From positions 1 to 64,000 of the IMG/VR virus record IMGVR_UViG_3300045988_107529: DNA of 64,000 nt, one strand, 5' to 3'. The position numbers and the translations under genes are program-made. The stretch's first letter is position 1, and each line of letters begins with the position of its first letter. Shown here piece after piece: positions 7,913 to 17,637 of the stretch. The notes under the pieces are model-generated. The model had not been told where the DNA came from. It saw only the letters and a list, made by a program, of their open reading frames with translations, and made no database searches. The stretch comes from a virus.

Positions 7913-8197
7913 ATGAAGCATAAATGTATTAAGACAGCAGTATTAATCACAGGGGTTACAGCAATCACAATGTTTAGCGGTTGTTCTTCCTGTAGTAGAT
8001 CATTGAAATCACTATCCAGTGATATTGACGGTGGTTTGAATCGTACCGTAACTGTTTACGATTACAACGGTGGTAAAATCAAGTCCTGGTCTGGAAAGTT
8101 TGATGTTTCCGAATCCGAGAACGAAGTTTACTTTGATGATTCGGACGGAAAGAGAGTTATTATCCACGGCGGTATTGTAGTGAATGAGGAAAACTGA
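7913..8197 (+). CDS. Lipoprotein (94 aa)
   Basis: Signal peptide plus lipobox ..AITMFSGC; SD AAGGAGAG. Confidence 0.7.
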   Translation: MKHKCIKTAVLITGVTAITMFSGCSSCSRSLKSLSSDIDGGLNRTVTVYDYNGGKIKSWSGKFDVSESENEVYFDDSDGKRVIIHGGIVVNEEN

Positions 8198-8232
8198 TTT
8201 AAAGGAATATTCGGAAAGCGAGGTGATGAAAA

Positions 8233-9003
8233 ATGTTCATGAGAGTAGTAAACACAGGGAGTACCAATGGAAACTGCTATGTTTTGAAATCCAACAGCGA
8301 AGAAATGCTTCTTCTGGACTGCGGATGCAGATACAAAGACATTCTGAAAGCTATTGATTATAGAACAAGTGATGTTTCTGGCGTATTGCTTAGTCATGAG
8401 CATGGAGATCACATCAAATCATTTCGGGAACTGATGAATGCTGGTATTCAGATTTACACCAATGATGAAACCGTGGAACATCTGCAAATAATCACTGGCG
8501 AATTGATGAAAGGAGTTCCAGAGAAAAGACCGTTCCGGGTTGGCTCGTTCACTGTAATACCATTTTATTTGCCACATACCACAAGAGATAAGGACACAGG
8601 GCAACTTATTCCTTGTTTCAATTATGGGTATATTGTAGAGCATGAAGAAATGGGAAAACTGTTGTACATGACTGACTTTGAATACTGCAAGTACAACTTC
8701 AAGGCAATGCGATTGAATCACTTGGTTATTGAGTGCAACTATTGTGGAGAATTGGTTGACAAAACAGCCGAAAATTACACGCACAGGCTTAAAGGGCATT
8801 GTTCCTTAGATACTTGCAAAAGCCTAGTAAATACAAACCATACGGCGGCATTACGGACGGTAACATTGGTGCATTTGAGTAATGAAGCAGCTGACCCGGA
8901 ACAGATTTTGAAAGAGATTAAAGAAGCGGTGGTTTGGGATGATGCGCTGGTTCAGATTGCAAGACCTGGACTGGAAATTAACTTGGACTTATGTCCGTTT
9001 TGA
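8233..9003 (+). CDS. Metallo-beta-lactamase-fold hydrolase (possible nuclease)
   Basis: 256 aa; HxHxDH motif LLSHEHGDHIKS. Confidence 0.75.
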   Translation: MFMRVVNTGSTNGNCYVLKSNSEEMLLLDCGCRYKDILKAIDYRTSDVSGVLLSHEHGDHIKSFRELMNAGIQIYTNDETVEHLQIITGELMKGVPEKRPFRVGSFTVIPFYLPHTTRDKDTGQLIPCFNYGYIVEHEEMGKLLYMTDFEYCKYNFKAMRLNHLVIECNYCGELVDKTAENYTHRLKGHCSLDTCKSLVNTNHTAALRTVTLVHLSNEAADPEQILKEIKEAVVWDDALVQIARPGLEINLDLCPF

Positions 9004-9016
9004 AAGGAGAAACTTA

Positions 9017-9352
9017 ATGAAACTGTATTTTTACATTCTGGGTACAGACAGAAAAACAGGAAAATGGAATCTTCGTCTTGAAGAATGTGAAGTAATAGAA
9101 AAGCCGAAGACATACAAACCAGTAACTAAATTCCCTGACGGAATCTACGGTTCGTTTATAAAAAAAGAATCAATAGGCAATTTCATTAGCGAATACGGCA
9201 AAGTGGTTGTACTAGATTCACCTGATTATGAAAAAGCAAAGGAAGTATTTTTTAAAAAATACGATAATGAATTAAACACGCTAAGAAAAAGAATTAATTT
9301 CTATGAGGAACTTAAATCTGCGGTTGAAGCAGGAGAGGAGAACTGTAAATGA
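9017..9352 (+). CDS. Hypothetical protein (111 aa)
   Basis: ATG 9017 after SD AAAGGAGA. The track ORF 8939 start lies inside the previous gene. Confidence 0.6.
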   Translation: MKLYFYILGTDRKTGKWNLRLEECEVIEKPKTYKPVTKFPDGIYGSFIKKESIGNFISEYGKVVVLDSPDYEKAKEVFFKKYDNELNTLRKRINFYEELKSAVEAGEENCK

Positions 9353-9672
9353 GCGTATTCAGTGTACCAGTAACAATTGGCATTAACGAGGAAGAAATTG
9401 CAAATGAAATCCGTAAAAATGTTGAGGACAGGGTAGTTGAGAAAATCACCAAGGAAATTAAAGAAGTTATCTACGAAAAATCTACATACGGTAGTAGAGA
9501 TACCAATGAGCCGTTGTGTAGGATGATACATTCTCATATTTCCGAGATACTAGAAGAGAATAAAAGCGTGATCGTACAGGAAGCGGCAAAAGCCTTGGCA
9601 GATAAGATGATTAAAACTAAGGCTGTGAAAGAAGCAATAAAAGAAACTGTCGAGAAAGTTAAGGAGGACTAG
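9349..9672 (+). CDS. Hypothetical protein (107 aa), Glu/Lys-rich
   Basis: ATGA overlap with the previous gene. Confidence 0.6.
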   Translation: MSVFSVPVTIGINEEEIANEIRKNVEDRVVEKITKEIKEVIYEKSTYGSRDTNEPLCRMIHSHISEILEENKSVIVQEAAKALADKMIKTKAVKEAIKETVEKVKED

Positions 9673-9674
9673 CT

Positions 9675-10106
9675 ATGGGAAACATGATGAGTTTAAATAT
9701 CAGTGACGATGTAATAAAAGCAGCAATACAGGAAGAAGTTCATGCTGGAATTGTAAAGGCATTAGGTGACCCATCCGTTATTGTTCGTGATGCGATAAAA
9801 GCAATGACGAATAGGTATGTTAATAAAGATGGAAAATTTTGTGAAAAAGGGAGTTGGAACGCAAAACCATATTTTGACTGGCTCGCAGAAGATATTGTAA
9901 AAACCACAGTAAAGGAGGAAATTGAAAAATATGTAAATGAAAACCGTGAGGAATTTGCGGAAGAGATACGAAAACAGTTAAAGAGTGCAGATTTCAGAAA
10001 GAGTATTTCCGCTTCTTTTTTACAGTCTATTGTTAAATGCACAGAATCAGACTGGAAAATGCCGATTAGTATTTCATTTGAAAAGCCAAAGGAGGATATT
10101 TATTAA
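9675..10106 (+). CDS. Hypothetical protein (143 aa)
   Basis: SD AAGGAGGA upstream of ATG 9675. Confidence 0.6.
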   Translation: MGNMMSLNISDDVIKAAIQEEVHAGIVKALGDPSVIVRDAIKAMTNRYVNKDGKFCEKGSWNAKPYFDWLAEDIVKTTVKEEIEKYVNENREEFAEEIRKQLKSADFRKSISASFLQSIVKCTESDWKMPISISFEKPKEDIY

Positions 10107-10462
10107 TGAAAATCTTCTTAAAAACACTTGACAAACTGAAAAAGCCAGAACCTTCCGAACAGGAATGCAAGTACGATAAAGGATGGAATGACGCAATCAA
10201 GAAAGTTGAAGAATTGATTTGTTCCTACAGTCCTGCGGATATGTGGTTTCCAACAGAAGTGAAGTTACCGCCAGAGCCAGATGTGAGAGAAAGCCCAGAA
10301 GATAAGATAAAATACAACGTTACCATAAAAGACGCCGAGTTACCAACAACCCTTACATATTTAGGCGGTGGAAGATGGGGCATGGTAGAAGAACACGGAA
10401 TTGCATATTACCCAGTCATTGCATGGCAACCAATGCCACCAGTATACAAACCAGGGAGGTAA
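10106..10462 (+). CDS. Hypothetical protein (118 aa)
   Basis: ATG overlaps the previous stop (TAATG). Confidence 0.6.
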   Translation: MKIFLKTLDKLKKPEPSEQECKYDKGWNDAIKKVEELICSYSPADMWFPTEVKLPPEPDVRESPEDKIKYNVTIKDAELPTTLTYLGGGRWGMVEEHGIAYYPVIAWQPMPPVYKPGR

Positions 10463-10467
10463 CACCA

Positions 10468-10656
10468 TTGGAAATAACAATCGGAATCGGCACAGATGAA
10501 ATTAAAGAAATCATCATGGAGCATATCAAAACAAAAGGATTCAACGTAACAGAAGATGATATTTCCTTTGTTATCGGGAAAGAAGAAACTGTAACAGGAA
10601 ATACAAAGAAAATCAAACACGCACTTATTAGATGCGACATTCAGATTGAGAGGTGA
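10468..10656 (+). CDS. Hypothetical protein (62 aa, TTG start)
   Basis: TTG 10468 lies 8 nt after GGGAGG. The upstream part of track ORF 10375 overlaps the previous gene. Confidence 0.4.
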   Translation: MEITIGIGTDEIKEIIMEHIKTKGFNVTEDDISFVIGKEETVTGNTKKIKHALIRCDIQIER

Positions 10657-10660
10657 TTGT

Positions 10661-11091
10661 ATGGGATTTAATGTAGTTGTATTATCCGGGCGGCTGACAG
10701 CTGACCCGGAAATACGAATGGGAACTAACGACACTAAGATTGCCAGATACACATTGGCGGTTGATAGAGAAAAAAGAAAGAACACAGAGCGTAAAGCCGA
10801 CTTTATACCATGCGTAGCACTTGGAAGAATGCAGAATTTGTTGAGAAATTTCTGAAAAAAGGAATGAAAATTAATATTAGAGGGAAATGGCAGACTGGAA
10901 GTTATACGAACCAAAATGGTGAAAAAATATACACAAATGACTGTTTTGTGGAATCACATGATTTTGCAGAAAACAAAGGTCAGACAGAGAATCCACAGAA
11001 ACCAGATACACGACCAGTACCGCCGCCGGAACCTAGTTTCATGGATGTGCCAGATTTAGGCAGTATGGAAGATGAATTTCCGTTTAGTTAG
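10661..11091 (+). pseudogene. ssb: Single-stranded DNA-binding protein, reading frame broken near 10820
   Basis: N-part MGFNVVVLSGRLTADPEIR..KADFIPCVA (frame of 10661) continues as WKNAEFVEKFLKKGMKINIRGKWQTGSY..MEDEFPFS (frame of 10810). The OB fold plus the acidic xFPF tail make a classical SSB. Two extra nt (ct, 10820-10821) separate the frames. Confidence 0.7.
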
Positions 11092-11101
11092 GAGTGATGA
11101 A

Positions 11102-11518
11102 ATGGTACAAACAGGACAGATTATTTATTTTAGCAATCAGAAAATGATGTGCTTTGATGTTGAATCCATTGAGGATATTACTGAACCACCAGAACAAATA
11201 GAAACTACATCGGTTTATGGCGAGACAAGAACGTATGCGCCGGCAATAATGAATCCAACAACTCTTTACGTTACTGGAAAGGAAATTGTAAAACTTGACC
11301 CAACAACCATGAAACGTATTGCCAGATACAATCTTGAAGAAGAGAATAAATCTCTTTTAGAAGAAATCGCAGAAAGAAAAAAGGTTATTGATGATCTTGA
11401 ACAGAAAGAACAGGTTTTGCGTGACAGGTTCAGAAAGGCAATAGCTGCATTCAAAGAAATCATGGAAAATGGTTACTATGATGAGGGCGAAGATGAATAC
11501 GAGAGTGAATGGGAGTGA
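11102..11518 (+). CDS. Hypothetical protein (138 aa)
   Basis: ATG 11102 after SD AGGAGTG; coiled-coil C-half. Confidence 0.6.
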   Translation: MVQTGQIIYFSNQKMMCFDVESIEDITEPPEQIETTSVYGETRTYAPAIMNPTTLYVTGKEIVKLDPTTMKRIARYNLEEENKSLLEEIAERKKVIDDLEQKEQVLRDRFRKAIAAFKEIMENGYYDEGEDEYESEWE

Positions 11519-11522
11519 TTAA

Positions 11523-11948
11523 ATGAAACCAGTTTTAGAAACAAAGTCTACATACAAAGGTTATCCATATGTGGTTCTGTTTATGCCAGGAGCATACAGA
11601 TGCGGATATGTTGGTATACCTTACAGCCATAAGTTAGCAAAGAAAAGTGTTGATGATTTAGGTTATCTTGACTGTCATGGTGGAGTTACTTATTCAGAAC
11701 CATTTCTACACGATTGTGACGATGATGATACATGGTGGATTGGATTTGACTGCGCTCATTGTTTCGATGGTTATGATATTGAGATAGCAGAACAGTATTT
11801 CGGGGAAGAACCAGACTTCAAAAAAATGCTTAAAATAATGGGAGATTACTGGCGAGAATTAAACAAAAATCCAGATTGCAAAATTCACTCACTTGCTTAT
11901 GTCAAAGCTGAGTGCAAAAAACTCATTGACCAGATTGAAAAGGAGTGA
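11523..11948 (+). CDS. Hypothetical protein (141 aa)
   Basis: Intact ORF; motif WWIGFDCAHCFDGYD. Confidence 0.6.
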   Translation: MKPVLETKSTYKGYPYVVLFMPGAYRCGYVGIPYSHKLAKKSVDDLGYLDCHGGVTYSEPFLHDCDDDDTWWIGFDCAHCFDGYDIEIAEQYFGEEPDFKKMLKIMGDYWRELNKNPDCKIHSLAYVKAECKKLIDQIEKE

Positions 11949-11954
11949 TTCTGG

Positions 11955-12545
11955 GTGGATTATAAAAAGCTTAGACAGGCAAAAGCTATTGAAACAACGA
12001 ATCGAAAAAGACTCATGAAGATCAATCCAAAGCTTGATGATGGGAGCGGAATATATTTTTTAACCAGAACTGATGAAAACGAAATCTCATACTTTTATAT
12101 AGGTCAGGCAGTACATATAATTCAGAGGATGTGCTCACACCTTACTGGGTATCAGCACATAGACCTATCAATTAAGAAAAGAGGATTTTACAGTGAAGAA
12201 AATCCTTTTGGGTGGAAAATAAATTTTATCCATTATCCTGTCGAACAGCTTGATAAAATGGAACAATACTGGATATTAGAGTATACCAAAAAAGGATATC
12301 AATGCAGATATAATAAAACCTCTGGGAGCCAAGGAGAAGGAAAAGAAAAAATCAATGAATTTCGCCCAGCAAAAGGTTATAGAGATGGACTTCAACAAGG
12401 CAAGAAAACCCTTGCAAGAGAATTAAAACACATCATTGATACTCACTTAAATGTATCAATCAGACCAGAAAAAGCAAATAACAAAGTATCTATTAAGGCG
12501 TTGGAAAAATTCAACGACTTACTCAATGAAGAAAACTATCACTGA
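11955..12545 (+). CDS. GIY-YIG domain nuclease
   Basis: GTG start after AAGGAGTG. GIYFLTR..YFYIGQAVHIIQRMCSH..W.ILEY. Confidence 0.6.
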   Translation: MDYKKLRQAKAIETTNRKRLMKINPKLDDGSGIYFLTRTDENEISYFYIGQAVHIIQRMCSHLTGYQHIDLSIKKRGFYSEENPFGWKINFIHYPVEQLDKMEQYWILEYTKKGYQCRYNKTSGSQGEGKEKINEFRPAKGYRDGLQQGKKTLARELKHIIDTHLNVSIRPEKANNKVSIKALEKFNDLLNEENYH

Positions 12546-12652
12546 TTCTAACACACCAGTAGTTCTACTGGCTAAATTCCAAAGATAAAAAATAAAAAAT
12601 GAAAGGAGCTTGCCTTCAGCTGACGTAAGGGTGCACCGGGCTTCTTTTAAAA

Positions 12653-14020
12653 ATGAATTATGAAGATTTTTTAAAGAGCAAACGATTTGTTCTTGAAAGC
12701 AGTGGGTTTGATATTGATAAATCGGAATTAAATCCAATGTTGTATGAATTTCAAAAAGACATTGTGAGATGGGCTTTAAAGAAAGGAAAAGCCTGCATAT
12801 TTGCTGATTGCGGTTTAGGAAAAACACCAATGCAACTTTCGTGGGCACATCAAGTTTGCACACACGCTGGTGGAATGGTTCTTATTCTTGCACCGTTGGC
12901 TGTGGCGGATCAAACGAAGCGTGAAGCTGAAAAATTTGGTTATACTGCAAAAGTTGTGGAAAGCCAATCTGAATGTATCAGCGGTATTAATATTACCAAT
13001 TATGAAAAAATGGATAAATTTGTTGCAAATGAATTTGTGGGAGTTGTACTTGACGAAAGTAGTATTCTTAAATCTTATTCTGGAAAAGTCAGAACAGCAA
13101 TTATTCAGAATTTTCATTCAGTTCCTTATAAGTTGGCTTGTACTGCAACACCAGCCCCCAATGACTATATGGAAATAGGAAATCACAGCGAATTTTGCGG
13201 CGTTATGACACGGTCGGAAATGTTATCAATGTTCTTTGTGCATGACGGTGGACAAACATCTAAATGGAGATTAAAGGGGCATGCAACAGATGTATTCTGG
13301 CAATGGCTGGCAACATTCAGTGTATTTGTAGATAACCCAGCAAATATCGGGTATCAAGTATCTGGCTACGATCTTCCGAAACTTAACATTAACGAAATTA
13401 TTGTAGACGGAAATGAGCCGATAAAAGAATCATTAACACTTACAGAACGAAGAGAAGCCAGAAAGGAAAGTCTTGAACTTAGATGTAAAAAAGCTGCGAA
13501 ACTTGTAAATAGTTCAAATGAGAAATGGCTTGTATGGTGTGATTTAAATGACGAATCAGCAAGATTAAGCGAACTGATATCTGAATCCGTGGAAGTAAAA
13601 GGCTCTGATAAATCAGAATATAAAAGCAACTCTATGTTGGCGTTTTCTGATGGAACGGTCAAATGCCTTATCACAAAGCCCAAAATTGCAGGGTTCGGCA
13701 TGAACTGGCAGAATTGCCACAATATGATATTTACTGGACTTTCAGATAGCTATGAGCAGTATTACCAAGCAGTCAGACGGTGTTGGCGGTTCGGGCAAGA
13801 GAAGCCTGTGAATGTTTACATTATTATTTCCGCGAAGGAAGGCTGCGTAAAGGAAAATATTGAAAGGAAGCAATGTGATTTCCAGAAAATGCAGTCTGAA
13901 ATGACAGAATTAACAAAGGAAATAACAAAAAAAGAGCTTAAAAGCACTTGCCGTATAAGTACGCCTTATGAGCCAACAAAAGAAATGAAATTGCCAGATT
14001 GGGAGGAATTTACAGCATGA
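12653..14020 (+). CDS. SNF2/DEAD-like helicase
   Basis: 455 aa. Motif I ADCGLGKTPMQL, motif II VVLDESSILK, C-terminal helicase motifs (..QAVRRCWRFGQ). Confidence 0.75.
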   Translation: MNYEDFLKSKRFVLESSGFDIDKSELNPMLYEFQKDIVRWALKKGKACIFADCGLGKTPMQLSWAHQVCTHAGGMVLILAPLAVADQTKREAEKFGYTAKVVESQSECISGINITNYEKMDKFVANEFVGVVLDESSILKSYSGKVRTAIIQNFHSVPYKLACTATPAPNDYMEIGNHSEFCGVMTRSEMLSMFFVHDGGQTSKWRLKGHATDVFWQWLATFSVFVDNPANIGYQVSGYDLPKLNINEIIVDGNEPIKESLTLTERREARKESLELRCKKAAKLVNSSNEKWLVWCDLNDESARLSELISESVEVKGSDKSEYKSNSMLAFSDGTVKCLITKPKIAGFGMNWQNCHNMIFTGLSDSYEQYYQAVRRCWRFGQEKPVNVYIIISAKEGCVKENIERKQCDFQKMQSEMTELTKEITKKELKSTCRISTPYEPTKEMKLPDWEEFTA

Positions 14021-14922
14021 ATGTTTTAGACCAGGTTGTTAAAGAAAAATACGCAATATACAACGGCGATTCTTGCGAAATCACAAAAGAAATCCCGGAC
14101 GAAAGTATTCATTATACAGTATTTTCACCACCATTTTCTAGCTTGTATACATACAGTAACAGTGACCGGGATATGGGGAATAGTAAGGGAGATGATGAAT
14201 TTTACAACCATTTTATCTATCTGGCAAAAGAACTGTATCGAATAACAATGCCCGGAAGATTACTTAGTTTTCATTGTATGGACTTGCCGCTTATGAAAGA
14301 GCGTGACGGCGTGATTGGCTTGAAAGACTTTCCAGCAATCATGCGACAGATTTTTGAAGATTGCGGATTTATTTACCATAGTAAGGTTACCATCTGGAAA
14401 AATCCAGTAACTGAAATGCAAAGAACAAAAGCATTGGGACTGCTGCATAAGCAGATTAGAAAAGATAGTGCAATGAACAGGCAGGGAATCCCGGATTATA
14501 TTGTCACAATGAGAAAGCCAGGAGAAAATCCAGAACGAATTTCGCATACACACGAGACTTTTCCTGTTGATGTGTGGCAAAACTACGCAAGTCCAGTATG
14601 GATGGACATTAGGCAGAGCGATACATTACAGAAAAAATCTGCACGAGAAGATAAGGACGAACGTCATATTTGCCCTTTGCAGCTGGAAGTTATTCAGCGC
14701 TGCATTGAATTATGGAGCAATCCAGGAGATATAATTTTTGACCCATTCGGTGGTATCGGTTCCACCCCATTTGTGTCTTTAACACTTGGAAGAAGAGCAA
14801 TCTCATGTGAACTTAAAGAAAGCTATTTTAAACAAATGAAAGCAAATGTAGAAGAAGCACTGAATGGAAATGTAATGGATTGCCCGGTAGGACAAATGAG
14901 TATTGAGGATTTTTTATCGTAA
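14017..14922 (+). CDS. DNA methyltransferase (N6-adenine/N4-cytosine type)
   Basis: ATGA overlap with the helicase. Catalytic SPPF then AdoMet motif DPFGGIGST. The track TTG 13999 extension is not needed. Confidence 0.75.
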   Translation: MNVLDQVVKEKYAIYNGDSCEITKEIPDESIHYTVFSPPFSSLYTYSNSDRDMGNSKGDDEFYNHFIYLAKELYRITMPGRLLSFHCMDLPLMKERDGVIGLKDFPAIMRQIFEDCGFIYHSKVTIWKNPVTEMQRTKALGLLHKQIRKDSAMNRQGIPDYIVTMRKPGENPERISHTHETFPVDVWQNYASPVWMDIRQSDTLQKKSAREDKDERHICPLQLEVIQRCIELWSNPGDIIFDPFGGIGSTPFVSLTLGRRAISCELKESYFKQMKANVEEALNGNVMDCPVGQMSIEDFLS

Positions 14923-14976
14923 AACAATGTTATCAGCAAATATCAATCTTTGATTATTTAAAAGGAGAGTGATTAC

Positions 14977-15270
14977 ATGGCAGAGAATACCAATGAATGT
15001 GTTATTGAGTGGATTCCCGGAAGAGATTATGTAGGGCTTACTGCCAAGAATGGAAGTGCCTGGAAGAACAGATGCGAGGAATTAGAAAAGGAATTTCCAG
15101 AAGATGTGAAAATTATTGCCAGAAATAACGATGGATCTATTTTCGCCCACTTGCCTTATTCCTACATTAAAATCAATCCACCAAGAAAATATTCCGACGA
15201 AACGAAAAAGAAAGCTGCGGAAAGATTAAATAAAATGCGTGAAGAGAAAAGTAATACTGCGGCAGAATAG
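14977..15270 (+). CDS. Hypothetical protein (97 aa)
   Basis: SD AAGGAGAG. Confidence 0.6.
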   Translation: MAENTNECVIEWIPGRDYVGLTAKNGSAWKNRCEELEKEFPEDVKIIARNNDGSIFAHLPYSYIKINPPRKYSDETKKKAAERLNKMREEKSNTAAE

Positions 15271-15281
15271 CCGTTTTGCGT

Positions 15282-15575
15282 ATGAATTACCGTCAGAGAA
15301 AATATAATGAGGGACAATCTGCCAGAAACGATATTTACAGATTTCTGGTGGAGTATTTTGAGAAACACGGATATATGCCTTCTTATGAAGAAATTATGGA
15401 TGGAACAGACCTTACAAAGTGTACCGTCCAGAGACATATGCGGCAATTGGAGATGGATTCTCTGATTGCCACAGAACATCCGGGAATATCGAGAGCATAC
15501 CGTTTGACGGAATACAGATACGAAAGGAAGAAACATGGGAAGCAAATTAAAGATGAAAGCGCCAAAGAAAAATAG
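15282..15575 (+). CDS. LexA-N-terminal-like winged-helix DNA-binding protein
   Basis: IYRFLVEYFEKHGYMPSYEEIMDGTDLTKCTVQRHMRQLE resembles the LexA DNA-binding domain. Confidence 0.5.
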   Translation: MNYRQRKYNEGQSARNDIYRFLVEYFEKHGYMPSYEEIMDGTDLTKCTVQRHMRQLEMDSLIATEHPGISRAYRLTEYRYERKKHGKQIKDESAKEK

Positions 15576-15921
15576 GGTGCTGGAATGCGATAATCAAATG
15601 TCACAGGCATTCGCCAGAGCCATGCAGAATTCACGTAAAGAGCTGGAAGTCATGCAAGATCAGGCTTACAACGATGGATTCAGCACTGGCGACGACTGGG
15701 CGAATACAATTAACACGGTAACAACCATGCTGGCATTACGGAAATTGCATGGCTTTTCCACTAAAAGACTTTTGGACGTAATTAATTGTGCAAATGAGTT
15801 TGTAGGCCAAGCGAACCGTGGAGAAAGAAGTTTTATGAGCATGGTTGAAGAGTTGGAATCCAAAACAGATGTACGGATTCTAGATTTGAATAAAGAATTG
15901 GTCAGAAGATTTGGAGCGTAA
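15535..15921 (+). CDS. Hypothetical protein (128 aa)
   Basis: Intact ORF overlapping the previous gene end. Confidence 0.55.
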   Translation: MGSKLKMKAPKKNRVLECDNQMSQAFARAMQNSRKELEVMQDQAYNDGFSTGDDWANTINTVTTMLALRKLHGFSTKRLLDVINCANEFVGQANRGERSFMSMVEELESKTDVRILDLNKELVRRFGA

Positions 15922-15926
15922 ATATT

Positions 15927-16403
15927 ATGGATTTAGAGCAAAAAGCAATTGAAAGAATCCGGCTTGCGTCTGATCTCTCGTTGAAACATTATAACAAACC
16001 ACTTGTATGTGAGTATTCCGGCGGAAAGGATTCAGATGTGCTTCTTGAACTATTCAGAATGTCTGGAATTCCGTTTGAAGTACATAACTCACATACCACT
16101 GTTGATGCACCGCAGACAGTAAGGCATATCAAGAATACGTTTTCTGAATTGACGGACAAAGGCATCAAATGCGAGATTGATTATCATGTGCAGGAAAACG
16201 GCAACCGTCTTACAATGTGGAATCTTATTCCAAGAAAACTAATGCCACCTACCAGAATTGTTCGGTATTGCTGTTCAGAACTGAAAGAAGGTGGGAATCC
16301 TAACAGAATGATTGCAACAGGCGTTAGATGGTCTGAAAGTAGCAAGAGAAGTAATAGAAGCCCATTTGAAGTATTAGGACAGACAGCAAGCAAATGTACA
16401 TGA
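15927..16403 (+). CDS. PAPS-reductase/PP-loop family protein, short (158 aa)
   Basis: PP-loop EYSGGKDS; RYCCSELKEGG; ends at TGA 16401-16403. Confidence 0.6.
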   Translation: MDLEQKAIERIRLASDLSLKHYNKPLVCEYSGGKDSDVLLELFRMSGIPFEVHNSHTTVDAPQTVRHIKNTFSELTDKGIKCEIDYHVQENGNRLTMWNLIPRKLMPPTRIVRYCCSELKEGGNPNRMIATGVRWSESSKRSNRSPFEVLGQTASKCT

Positions 16404-16472
16404 TTTCTGATGAGAAAATCAATGGATGGATTGAGAAAAAACAAGCGAGAGAAGCAGAAAGGATGGAAAAGA

Positions 16473-17594
16473 ATGAATAAGAAAGAAATCGCAGAAATTA
16501 AGAAGCAGTTTACACCGGCAAATTGTGCAATCACACGCATTTGCGGTTGTTATGTGGATGCAGAAAAGAACAAGAAAACTAAAATTAAAGAAGCATTCCT
16601 GTCTCTTCCAGAGGAAGAAATGTTTAAGTATTTTGACATTTTCAAGAAAACCATGTCTGGCAGACTTGGAAAAAATCTTATGAACCTTGAATTCCCATTA
16701 GCACAGGAAAAAGAGGGCGGAACACAGGAATTTCTTATGCGGATCAGAGCAAGTAAGCTTAAAAATGATGAGCTTTTGGACGAGTTCTACGACAAAGTGA
16801 TTGAAAATTACGATTATCACGAAAATTACTACATAGTCCTCATTCATGCAGTATATGACATTCCTGGAAAGGCTTCTGATGGAACCGAAATGCACGATGC
16901 TTCAGAAGAAATCTATGAACACATTCTGTGCAGCATTTGTCCGGTAAATCTTTCAAAGGCTGGGCTTAGCTATGATGTGGCTGAAAATAACATCAAAGGC
17001 AGAATTCGTGATTGGGTAGTCTCAAGACCAGAAACAGGATTCTTATTCCCTGTATTCAATGACAGAAGTACTGATATTCATGGAACTTTGTATTTCAACA
17101 AAAACATAAAGAATATTCATCCAGACTTCATCGAAAACGTTCTTGGCACACCAATTCCACGTATACCCGGCAATGAGATCAATGTCTTTTCAGATTTTAT
17201 CATGGACAATTTCGAAGGAAATACAACATTCAATTTCACTGAAAGCCTAATTGAATCTTTGCAGGAAGTAAGAGAACAGAAGAAAGACAGCCCGGAGATG
17301 ATAACTGTATCATGTGACGAAATGGAACAGATTTTTGAATATTGCGGAGTTCCAGGCGAGAAGTTATCAGATTTCAAGGAAAACTGGGAAACGTATTTCA
17401 GTAATGAGCCTGCTGCACTTGACAATATCCACAATTCAAAAACTGCAAAAATTGTAACACCAGATGCAACAATCTGCATCCAGCCGGATAAAATTGCTCT
17501 GATTGAATTGAAAGAAATAAACGGCGTTCCATCTCTTGTAATTCCGGTAAATGGAGAGCTGAAAATCAATGGAATTGAAGTTGAATTGAGATAA
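16473..17594 (+). CDS. DUF4317-like protein (373 aa)
   Basis: N-terminus MNKKEIAEIKKQFTPANCAITRICGCYVD matches my memory of DUF4317 proteins of Clostridia. The track ATG 16410 is an upstream in-frame extension. Confidence 0.55.
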   Translation: MNKKEIAEIKKQFTPANCAITRICGCYVDAEKNKKTKIKEAFLSLPEEEMFKYFDIFKKTMSGRLGKNLMNLEFPLAQEKEGGTQEFLMRIRASKLKNDELLDEFYDKVIENYDYHENYYIVLIHAVYDIPGKASDGTEMHDASEEIYEHILCSICPVNLSKAGLSYDVAENNIKGRIRDWVVSRPETGFLFPVFNDRSTDIHGTLYFNKNIKNIHPDFIENVLGTPIPRIPGNEINVFSDFIMDNFEGNTTFNFTESLIESLQEVREQKKDSPEMITVSCDEMEQIFEYCGVPGEKLSDFKENWETYFSNEPAALDNIHNSKTAKIVTPDATICIQPDKIALIELKEINGVPSLVIPVNGELKINGIEVELR

Positions 17595-17637
17595 ACACTT
17601 TTGAAAAATCCAGGAATTGGAGGAGGCAATTACATTA

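Noticed and set aside
12546-12652. Possible riboswitch or leader upstream of the SNF2 helicase
   Set aside because: Only short hairpins (ccagtag/ctactgg, cctt/aagg) and no resemblance to a riboswitch class I can recall. The helicase start also lacks a clear SD, so this remains unresolved rather than reportable.
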